From: Podarcis gaigeae
Lineage: Eukaryota
Strand: one strand, 5' to 3'
Assembly (NCBI GenBank): GCA_964106915.2
Contig: OZ066917.1
Length of the DNA: 64,000 nt
The position numbers and the translations under genes were made by a program. Positions 39,296-50,334 of this stretch are shown here, one piece after another. The first letter of the stretch is position 1. Each line of letters opens with the position of its first letter. The notes under the pieces are model-generated. The model searched no databases and was not told the origin of the DNA. It saw only the letters and a list, made by a program, of their open reading frames with translations.

Positions 39296-42200
39296 TTTGA
39301 AATAATAAGACCAATTAAATATCATCAGATCTATTATAATATCAGCAATAAGATTGCCAACACCTGCATTTCAAGCTAGCTTCTGATAACTATATACCTG
39401 GAGAGGTTTGGCCCCACCATCACAAAATAACTTACACACGCAGCTCTTAAAAGCACAAACTTAAGCTTTGAGAAGGCAGGAGATATAATGCATTGTACAG
39501 ACCCGAGAGCCTGTTGTGTACAGTTGAGAAATGGCAATGTAGTTTACAGCAGTAACACAATCCCTTAATACCAGCATCTAATAGGCTAAACATTTCAGAT
39601 GAAAACCAAAAGCTGCTAGAATATCTTTTGGGATTTTGTGCTCAAAGGAGCAAATCCATTAGAAAACAGTCAAGGTTATATGGGCTGCACTTTGTAATGT
39701 GCATTTCAACCTGTTTCACAGCATAAAGATCCATAGCGGAACATCCCTGCTAAGTGCACCTGGGCTAAGAACATCTGTTTATGGAATAATTCACAAGTGC
39801 CTTCCAATTTGTGAATGACAGGGTCAGAAGAGTAAACAAACAAACAAACAAACAAATCAGATACTGACCAGCAGTTATTCCGAAAATCTACAGCAGCTCC
39901 ATAAGCTTAGATATAGTCTTTCCATGAATACAGAAACAAGAAAGGCACATGTAGTCCTTTGTCGTATTGTATAATTGTGGTATGGCAATACAGTCCTTGT
40001 CCCGACTTTCAATACAAGATGAGTAAGTCCTAGTTATCCCTTTATTTTGTTAAAGCAAAAACCCACCTTATCAAAGGGACATCATAACATCAAGTTTCAG
40101 CAAAGCTACTCCAGGAGACAGGTGAATGAGAATATGGTCTCATTTTTTAGTACATTACAGGACTTCTAAGCTCCATTAGGGTCTTTCATGTGCTGAAAAA
40201 TGGTTTCATAACAGATTTTGAGATGCATTTAAGAAGATATACAAATGCCCATGGGAAAAACTGATGAATGGCTTTGGGGTGTGAGTTGCATTGTCCACTC
40301 AGCTGGCCACATCATGTAAGACTAGTATACTATTTAACAGAAGTAGCTGCTTTCTGTGTAAACCTTTTACACTGCTTCTGAAGAATGTGGACTAACTTTA
40401 CAACCTTATATATACTTAACTGAACAGAGTGGGCAATACTTTTGAATAGGCATGCATAGGATTCCACTGTGAGTTTTTTTAAAAAAAATATGGCCCCAAG
40501 CACTTCCCTCAATAAATGGGATACTTAAAGTACCTTATGAATCTCATCAGAATAGAAGAGTGTGAATTCCATGCTAACTAGATTTTAAAAATAGATGGTT
40601 TTACTGGAGAAAGGCTGGAACACTTCTACAGAACATCTGATTTGCATGTAGAAAGTCCTAGGTCCCCAGCATTTTCAGGAAGAAACCCTGGAGAGTAGCT
40701 GCCAATGAGTATAAACAATGTTGAGTTAGATGGACCAATGGTCCACTGAATTTCTGCATAAACCTTGCAACCAAAAATTTGTTGCCTATACCTATATTTT
40801 CTCACTAGAGCCTCTTTTGATGTATCCCTCAATTCTCTGCCCTCCCTCCTCTCAAGAGGGGCCAGAACTAATTAAATGCACCTGTTAACATGACTCAGAA
40901 GTAATTACCATGACATTTTCACACCTGGGCTTCAATGACTCAGCACAAGAGCTCACTATTCCCTCTCTGGGCTTTTGGGGGTAGCAATTAATATGTCTGG
41001 CAGAGTGGGTGTATAAGGCCATCAGATGCTAGCATTAAAACCACTGCCTTTGTGGCTGGGCATGTGGGAGTTATTCACGGAGGGAAAACAATCTAATTAA
41101 GGTTGTCTTATGGATCACCATCCTGCCACATCATTCCTAGAACTCAGTTTGTGTTTTAGGGGCCAGGACTAGGGTGACCAGGTGAAAAAGAGGACAGCGC
41201 TTCTGTACCTTTGCTAGTTGGGAAGAAGACTGAAACTTACACCTCCTGAAATTCCTTCTTCTGTACAGCTATTTAAAGTAAAAGAGCGTTAACCAGGCCA
41301 ACATAACTTGGGCCCAGTCTTGTATGGGATGTTCATCAGAGCTGAACATGCCTTCCTGTTTTGCCATGTTTGGCTCAACAAGAGACAGTGCAAATTCATT
41401 CATTTCAAATTCCTTACACCTTTCACGATTTTGCTTTTTCTTCTTGAAGGACATGTTGTTTCCCTTTGAGAATTATCAGATGCAGGAAATGATCATGGTG
41501 GGTAAGAGGATTAAACCTCTTGTGCCATTGTGTATTTCCATAAGTGCTTATTGCAGTGTCTGAGGGCAGTGGTGGGTTTTCTGGGATATGCCCTTGGAAG
41601 CTTAGCTATGTGAATTGTTTGATTTTGTTGAAGTTGGAGTGGGTGCATTTTGTATGTGTGGATTTTAAACAAAGTGTGCTAATTGTGTTGTGTTCTGGTT
41701 AAAGCCGCAATCTTATTACCTCTTACTTAGGAGTAAGCCATATTGAACGCAATGGGAGTTGAAGCAGGAGGGACAGGTGCACTTCTTGAGCTAATAGTAG
41801 CATTGAAGGGAGTAAGTGTCATCATGAAAGGGTCTGAGTAGTCATGCTTAAGACTAAGTGCCACTAGAGCAGCTTTCTTCAATTGAGTACCCACCAGATG
41901 TTCTGGACTCCATTTCCCATCAGCCCCTGCCAGCATAGCAAGTTGTCAGGGATGATGGGAGTTGTAGTCCAAAAGGTCTGGAGGGCCTCAGGTTGTGAGC
42001 CTGAACTAGGGAGTAATTTTAAACCAACCAGGGTTGGCAGCTGTAGCACCAAGAGCAGAAGAACGGTAAAAATATATTTGAATGAACTTTCTCACTAACT
42101 GTCAAAGGATTGGTGCTCAAACCATTACAACTACCATCACTACCACTTTTTTTCTCTGAGGAAACTTACAGTTTGCATGTACTACTGAGGTCCTACTAGA

Positions 42201-43583
42201 GGTTTAATGTCAGGACCCTGTAGGAAGCAATCTGTTTTTGGATTGGTAGCATATTTCAGTCTTTATTTATTTATTACTAAGGCACACTGACACAGAATTA
42301 ACTGCTAAAAGAAAACAGATTTTAACCCATTTGCATGGCAAAAGTCAAATAACTCTGAGAGCTGAAGCAACTGATTTTGACCTCTGCCATCTTAACTGCA
42401 AGTGCTGGTAATTAGTGAGAGGAGGTAGCTGATGCTGTGTCCTCATAAGCAATTATGTTAGTCAGTGATAATGCTTGCATCCTTGACAAACTAATATGCT
42501 TGCATGAATATTCCTAACTTCATGTCACAGGTCTGGTCTGGTGTATCTGTTGTATGGTCCTTAACTGACACATCCTACCAAAGTGATACAATTGCAATAT
42601 GTTAAACTAGAAACTATGGAACACAGCAACTAACTGGATTTTGATTTGATTATGTTAATAAGGAGTGATACTTATCATCAATCTGTCTCTCTGGTGGCAC
42701 ATGAATGTTGTGTGATTTCTTCACTGGCATTACTGAAAACTTCATGGAGGGAGGGTAGGGAACAGCCATGAATGCTTGGTTACTTTCTTGGCCATAGTTG
42801 GTCATTCAAGAGCAGTAAGACACATGGCAGAGCACAGTATTCCCAAAGCATTGCACACTATGCTATTGACTCTGTTACTGAGCACTGTGTTGGTTTGACA
42901 TTAACATTTTGGTAGTTCTAAGGGAACTTCTGACTGTTCATACCTCTGTTAAGGTAGTTCCCTTTACACACAGCTGAGATACGGAAGTCATTTCCCCATA
43001 CTCCAGAAGCATGTGGATATCCCAGCCATGTGGGCATGGTTGATTGTGTGGGTCATCTTCTTTAGATCAGTGCAGTATTGGGTGGAAGAGCCAAGTGACT
43101 GGCCTATCCTTTGTTATAGCAATACACAGTGCTCAATAGCAGTGGATTGCACCAAAGTAATGTAGACGTATCGCCGCATGTGGTGTGTGTCTGTACATTT
43201 TCTGATTCCATTCCATTCAGTTATCAAAGGTCTATCAGAATCCGTTTAGTCACCGCTACCAATACTAGAATACAGTCTGGAAAACAGCAGTATACAATAT
43301 TTGAGCAGGTAGTGAGACAAGTCTTTGAATGAAGAAACAGACACATATTGACACAGTCACCTATTAGTTCATGCTGAGATTGCTAGAGTGATGCTTGGAA
43401 AACTTGATTCTGTGAACATCTTGTGCACTTGTTTCAATTTTCTGGACCACAGGGAGTTAAATGAAGATGAGGTGAAAAGATTTTGTGGGTGGGTGGAGGT
43501 TTTGTATAGATAAAAGCAAGTTTGTATGACAAGGTATTGGACCATTGGGTTGGGATGCCCTGCTCTTTTTACATAGGAGTAAC

Positions 43584-43917
43584 TAAACCACAGAGCCTAG
43601 TGCTTGCCGATCAGAAGGTTGGCAGTTCTAATCCCTGTGACGGGGTAAGCTCCCATTGTTTGATCCCAGCTCCTGTCCACCTAGCAGTTCGAAAGCACGT
43701 CAAAGTGCAAGTAGATAAATAGGTACTCCTCCAGCGGGAAGGTAAACGGTGTTTCTGTGCGCTGCTCTGGTTCACCAGAAGTGGTTTAGTCATGCTGGCC
43801 ACATGACCCGGAAGCTGCCTGTGGACAAACGCCGCCTCCCTCGACCAGTAAAGTGAGATGAGCACTGCAACCCCATAGTCATCTGCGACTGGACTTAACA
43901 GGGGTCCCTTTACCTTT
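43584..43917 (+). mobile_element. Sauria SINE, 5'-truncated and more diverged
   Basis: Colinear with 16008-16375 (ctagcagttcgaaagcac...gtgcaagtagataaatagg...cctttaccttta). Confidence 0.88.
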
Positions 43918-44271
43918 AACTAGCAAGGGCTCCCCTTAATTAAGCCTGTCCTTATATCAGAAGGAGATCTCTCTGTTTATCCTCCCTCCTTATTCCTCTC
44001 AACTATGAAAACAACCTCAAATAGTTTGGCCCAGTTGACTCTTCCCTTCCTGAAACTTGTTTTAGTGCTATTGCAAGTCTGTGCGTATCTGTAGATATAC
44101 ACGGAGGTGAAAGGAGGTCAAGCAAGCCTATCACTTGGATTGTTGGCCAATTTGCAGAGACAGGCAAAGTCATCTTGGCCACCTCCTTTATATGAGAGGT
44201 ATAGGTTGGTGATGGAGCACCGTCTTTTGAAAAGCCTCAGAGCTATAGGTTACCCAGAACATCAGAAACCA

Positions 44272-44333
44272 GGGGGTTGGACTCGATGGCCCTTGTGGTC
44301 TCTTCCAACTCTATGATTCTATGATTCTATGAT
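44272..44333 (+). mobile_element. CR1 3' terminus
   Basis: gggttggactcgatggcccttgtggtctcttccaactctatg(attctatg)2. Confidence 0.85.
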
Positions 44334-44993
44334 GTTCTGGTATGCTCCTTGGAGCAACATTTTAGGCACCTATTGCACAGTATTTAGTGAGAAAGTAGCA
44401 ACAGTGCCATCTGCTGATAATTAAGGAACTGCAGCTATTGCTCCATTCATTGAGGCCTTCAACAGTTCTCATGTTCAAACTGAATTCATTAATCAAGTAA
44501 TTTTTATTATAGAAATCCTGTACACAAAAGGGAGAAAAAAATTGCAGTGGAAAAGCATCTGCTCCTTATGACCACGTGCTTTCTATAGCATTTAGAAAAA
44601 TACAGGGTGCTGAACTTTCCTCTTGTAAGTTACTCTAATAATTACATTAAAATGGTAACAATGGCACAATTTCTCTCTCTTTTGTACAGAAAATGGAAAA
44701 ATGGATTCTGGATGTCATTTTAACACCCATCCCAATTTTGTCATTTTCTCTTGTAGGGATCAATACTATCTCATAGCATGAATCCTTCCCCACCTCTTGT
44801 TTCCATGGCAACGCCTAGCAGTCAGGATTTTAAGGCCTACTGAAGGAGTGCCATACATACTTAGGTAACTCATAAATGGCATGCTGCTTTTTGACTATGG
44901 AGCTGGAAGACTACAACTGAAGTGGTATTTCAGGGCAAGGTCACAACTATTTGTTTGGGTCCAGCATTCATAAAGGACTGCCTCCTTTTGTAT

Positions 44994-45454
44994 CAGCCTT
45001 CCCAGACCCTCTAAGTGTCCGTTTTCCAAGGACAGTCCCGAATTTACAGAAGCCATCCTGGTTTCTGATTTGATCCCAAAATGTCCATCTTTTCCTTAGG
45101 ACATCCCTGTTCTCATCCCGAGCTAAGGAGATAAGTAGCTATACAACCTTTAGAAGACATCTGAAGGCAACCCTGCTTTTTAATGTTTAATTATGTTTTT
45201 ATATGTTGGAAGCCACCCAGAGTGACTAGGGCAGGCATGGCCAAACTTGGCCCTCCAGATGTTTTGGGACTACAATTCCCATCATCCGTGACCACCGGTC
45301 CTGTTAGCTAGGGATGATGGGAGTTGTAGTCCCAAAACATCTGGAGGGCCAAGTTTGGTCATACCTGGACTAGGGCAATCCAGCTAGATGGGTGGGGAAT
45401 AATAACAATAACAATAACGTCCTTATTTTCATCAGAGAAATGTTGGAGGGCATG
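44994..45454. mobile_element. Composite non-autonomous DNA element with an internal LINE-tail-like segment, host of the 45232 MITE
   Basis: Ends cagaccctctaagtgtcc... / ...gaaatgttggagggcatg. The internal segment ends in an (aat/aac)n run. Confidence 0.5.
45232..45367. mobile_element. hAT-type palindromic MITE
   Basis: TIR caggcatggccaaacttggccc / gggccaagtttggtcatacctg and 8-bp TSD gactaggg. Confidence 0.92.
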
Positions 45455-47545
45455 CCTCCCTGCTACCTAAAATCTAGTAGTGAGGCTGTTATTTGTGTCC
45501 CATCTATGATAGAAGCACAGTTGGCTGTGATAATAGTTAGGGCTTCTTCATTGGCTCAACTCAAACTGTGGAATACCTTGTCCCATGAAGTTTAGGTGGT
45601 CCATCTTTAATCACCTTCTGCTGACTATTAAAGACTTTTTAAAAATCTGTTATGCATGCACACACCCATAAAATGTATATTGTAGGAAGCATCCCACAGC
45701 TATTGAAGATTTCTTTTTGTCTCATCCTGGTAAACTTGTGTCTACTTCAACTGTGTAAAAACATTGACCAGTCCTTGATGGAGTACAGCACTTGACTCTG
45801 CATTCACATTAGTATCAGTCTTCACATACTTCTCTCAGAACAAATTTGAGAGTTAAAAAATAAGCACTCCAAAGGGCTGGGAAAAAAATATCTTTGCGGA
45901 ACAACCACATGGGGTAGAAATAGCTTTTTAAACACTTGTACATGCAACATCTCCTTGCCAGCTGCCAGATGTCAACCCACAGCTGGAAACATATCCATGC
46001 CTGCAAATTCAAGCTGTGAAAAACACTTCACAGCTGTAGTTATGGTAAAGTCAGAATCCATACTTGGTAGGAATATCATGCAGGTGCTTCTGTCTGGGAG
46101 AACGGATCTTCGGAAGTCTATAACCCAACCCACCCGCACACATAAAAGCACTTAGCACAGAAAGCCTCTTTTGAATCATTTCCATCTTGGCAGATTTCAG
46201 ATCCCTAATGTTTCCTGCACTCTGTGGACACACTCAAAACAACATATGCCTCAAGTGACTGTACCACAGAAGGTGAACCACAGACTGAAGGGTGACGGCA
46301 TGCTCATTAGAATTCACATGCTTTGACAATCAAACTGTTCTTGAAACAATTATTCCACTTGCTTCGGAACTTTTCTGACTGAACTTTTCAGTAAATGTTG
46401 TTTTGCTGCATTCTGGATTCCTCCCTCTTTTTTGTTGTTGTTGATGACACATTACCACAGTCTATCAGAGCTTTTTTTAAAAAAGGTAAAAGCCCCAAAG
46501 AACAGTGTTTGGGGCATACCTCAGCTGGTCCCACACTGAAGGGCTCCTCAAGGGAATCCACAACCTGCCCTTGACCTGTGGAGTGTCCGATTTGTCCATC
46601 AAGGACTCTGTATCAGGACCAGGACCAGGCATGACAAACATTAGGAAAACATGCCTAACAGTGGAGCAGGCTGCCTCTGAAAGTGGTGGACCTGCCTTAG
46701 CTGAAGGTTTTTAAGCATAAGCTGGATGGCTGCCTTCAGGGACATGGTCATTCCATCTAGCCTTATAGATCTTGCATTGAACAAGCTCATCATCCATGAC
46801 CACTAGTTTTGCTAGCTAGGGATCTTGGGAATTACAGTCCGAAAATAGCTGGAGACCCAAGTTTGGGAAACACAGGATTAGACAATCTCCAAAGTACCAT
46901 CCAACTCCTATTGTCAGCAATTAGGTAGAAACACTCAAGGGAGAAGGGTGATGATGGTGGACCAGAACACTGTCCGTTCCCCCAAGTCACCACTTATTTT
47001 CTTTTACCTCTGAGCTGCCCTCAGAGCTACACAGCTGGCCAGATTTGGCTCAGGGGCTTCCAAGTGGAGATTCTTCACCTACAAGTCCTGCATGTGAGTG
47101 AATCTTTGGGTTTCACCCATGAGCCATCTCCACATACTGCGCTGCCTCTTCGCAGCTCCCTGCACTTCCATGCACTCCCTTACCTGCTGACTGAAATAAA
47201 ACAAGCACGCTGATGAAATGTGTCTTCAAGATGATAGAACCGCTGTTGGCAGAGTGCTGTGTTATTTCCTCTGGAGCAGGAGAGAGTGAGTGGTGGGAGG
47301 GGGAGGCAAGCATTCAACAGGGAGAACTTCCCCTCCAAATAGCCCTCAATGTACCTGACAGTCTGCCATCCCCTCCCTGGGGTGTTTCTTTAGGTACAAT
47401 TAAGGTTTCTGTGCTGGTGGAGGAAGCTCTGATGTTACTGTAGGAGCATGGGAGAAAGAGGGGGGGGGGAGAGAATGAGAGTTGGGAAGGATGGAGAAAT
47501 GAGCAGCAAGGCGTATCTCAGGCATTTTGTTCTGCTGCCTGGGAT

Positions 47546-47550
<5 letters not shown>

Positions 47551-47588
<38 letters not shown>
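47551..47588. repeat. (CT)19 microsatellite
   Basis: Read directly from the sequence. Confidence 0.95.
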
Positions 47589-47590
<2 letters not shown>

Positions 47591-47921
47591 TGAAGGTAGC
47601 TGTGGAGAGAGGAATGGGTGAGCTCGTCTTTCCTCCTGTGAATGCAGTTGTAACAGGGTTGAGGCATCACATTCACAAAGAGCATCACTCTCTCTCTCAC
47701 CTCCCTCCCACCACCACCACCAGCCCCCTTGAGTGATTTCTCTGGAGAGACATTACTGCTTTTGCCCATCAGCCAAAGTTGGAGGGTTTCCATGACGACC
47801 AGGCAGCTGGTGTCTAGACACAGTGAGAGATGCCTTGCAATGGAGCTGTGGTGCTCTCGCTTCCCTTCTCCTCCCCATTCCCTTCTCCTCCCCATTGCCT
47901 CCCTCCTCCTCCCCATTTACT

Positions 47922-47968
<47 letters not shown>
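47922..47968. repeat. (AC)n(AG)n compound microsatellite
   Basis: Read directly from the sequence. Confidence 0.95.
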
Positions 47969-47969
<1 letters not shown>

Positions 47970-49069
47970 GGTGGTGTTTCTATTCCACAATCTTTAGCAA
48001 GAGGAAAGGATGGTGCAAGAACACCAAACAGAGCCTCAATCTACTCAGATTAATGATGTCAGGAGGATGTTGCTTCGATGGATTTGGAGAGTGCTTAATT
48101 GGGTCAGGAAACAGCAAGCATCTCTCAGGATAGCACAAAGAGCTCCCTACCTCCCTTCTGCTCTTCTGTTAGGTTGAGGAAAATAGGTACATTAGAGAAC
48201 ACTTTTGTGTGTGGGGAGGGGCAGGAAGGAATAAAGTGTGTATCATATACATTTTTTTGGGGAGCATACAAGGTAATTCCTAAAAACTGGTCACCTGAAG
48301 TACAGTTAGCCCAAGACAATGCATTTATTCTGCAACAATCAACCTGTTTTATTGAATCTGTTATTTTCAGCTCTTTATTTGCTTTACTTTTAAATATATT
48401 TTTAATCCCCCTTTCTGCCAAGGTGGTTTGCATTTTATAACCATAGCTTCTAATCAAAGAGACATGATACAGAGTTGGGAGGTTAGAGGAAGCAAAGCAA
48501 ATTCAGACAACAGTTCTTTCATACTGGTTGCATAATGAACAACACAATCCTATACATGCCTATTCTGAAGTCCTGTGGGGTTTCATGGGACTTACTGCAC
48601 CTGACCACAGGTGACCACCTGACCTTACTGCATAGGACCACAACGAAAGCTATAGAAGGATCAGGTGAGATGGGCTTTCCGGAGATGTTTCCTGGAGAGG
48701 AGAAGCTAAATCCAGAAGTGGCTTTCTGGGTGGGGTGCAGCCACAATGCTACCTTCCTGGTACGTGCGCCACTGCTGCCTTTGAGGAAGGAGGTGGGTGG
48801 AAGATTTGTGCAGTGCAGGCACATCTGTAGGAATCATGGATTGGCTCCACTGGTGCATTTGCACCACACTGACCTTCTTGCCCCTCGTTGGCTATGCTGT
48901 GCTTCCACAATCAGAAACATTAACACAGGCTTTACTGATGTTCTTAACATCAGCTGCCAGAAAGCTAGTGTTGCTGCTCCATCTCACCTGAAGAGCCCCT
49001 TCTGCCCAAATCCCCATTCCATCTGAAAGAGATGTAGCTGTGTCGGTGCTGAACTAGTGCCTGCAGGTG

Positions 49070-49340
49070 GTAATGGGCTGGATAAGGCTTGAAAACATTA
49101 AAGCTGACAGGATGGAGGTTCTGTTGTATGTCCAGAAATTGGGTGTTTCGCTTGTTCTGGAAGGAAACACACTCATCTTAAATGAGCAAGTAGGTAATCT
49201 GTGGTTGCTCCTAGATCCATCTCTGTCACTGGAGGCCCAGGTAGCATTCATGGCAAGCAGTGTGTATTTCCATTTTTTGTCATTCTTGGACCACAGGGTT
49301 GCAAGCTCCAATAACTTCACATGCTACATTGGGCTACACT
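49070..49340 (+). mobile_element. L2-type LINE RT fragment
   Basis: MGWIRLENIKADRMEVL...LNEQVGNLWLLLDPSLSLEAQV, a degenerate L2 ORF2 segment. Confidence 0.6.
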
Positions 49341-49982
49341 GGAAGACATACCCTCCAGACATGGGGCACCATCTTCTGCGCCTGCAGTTCCGCATGAGTC
49401 ACGTGACTGTGTGAGATCAAGGCCTCACAGAAAGCGTTTTCTTTTCAGGCACAGTGCCATGCAAAATTGCTGCCCCCCAAATGTGCCATGCCTGAAAAAA
49501 GTGGGGGAAGCCATTTAATAAATTTGTAGAGCACTATTTGAGACCCTTTAACTAGATATCCTGGGATTGAACATCTGTGTGCCAAACCCCATTATTGAGC
49601 AGTAATATTTCACTTTTCTAAGATGCTATATCTCCTGATGGAGAAATAGCTTTCCTTTCTCGATGGAGGACCCCACCCCCACTATTTTATTATATGTTGG
49701 CATATAAATGCTTTTATAAAAAAATGAATATATTATTGACATTAATTTATTAGTAGCCTGCTATATAATCATTTCAAGGCGATGAAGAATAAAACCAGAA
49801 TAAAAAAACAGCTAAAAACACATAAATTAAGTTTCAATTTTAATCAATTCTTAAAGGGAAAAAAATCATCTAATATGTTGATGCCATAAAACATCCTTGC
49901 TTTTCATTACAAAATCTCACCATTATTATTTCTGTAGACTTTGGTATACACAAGCAGATATCCAGTGGCCATTTAACAACGT

Positions 49983-50334
49983 TTGTTGTTGTTGTTTAGT
50001 CGTTTAGTCGTGGCTGACTCTTCGTGACCCCATGGACCAGAGCACACCAGGCACTCCTGTCTTCCACTGCCTCCCACAGTTTAGTCAAACTCATGCTGGT
50101 AGCTTTGAGAACACTATCCAACCTTCTCATCCTCTGTCGTCCCCTTCTCCTTGTGCCCTCCATCTTTCCCAACATCAGGGTCTTTTCCGGGGAGTCTTCT
50201 CTTCTCATGAGGTGGCCAAAGTATTGGAGCCTCAGCTTCACGATCTGTCCTTCCAGTGAGCACTCAGGGCTGATTTCCTTCAGAATGGATACGTTTGATC
50301 TTCTTGCAGTCCATGGGACTCTCAAGAGTCTCCT
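49983..50334 (-). mobile_element. BovB (RTE) LINE 5'-truncated copy
   Basis: RRLLRVPWTARRSNVSILKEISPECSLEGQIVKLRLQYFGHLMRR..., with a (caa)n tail and degenerate TSD catttaa(c/g)aa(c/t)gt. Confidence 0.95.

Noticed and set aside
47518-47532. Antisense ORF ending EQNA*, resembling the GAP43 C-terminus QENA*
   Set aside because: Only an 11-nt match (aaaatgcctga) on the opposite strand. Compatible with chance and no further homology.
49034-49053. REST/NRSE-like half site TTCAGCACC (also TCAGCACC near 24439)
   Set aside because: The right half-site lacks GGACAG or has unfavourable spacing.
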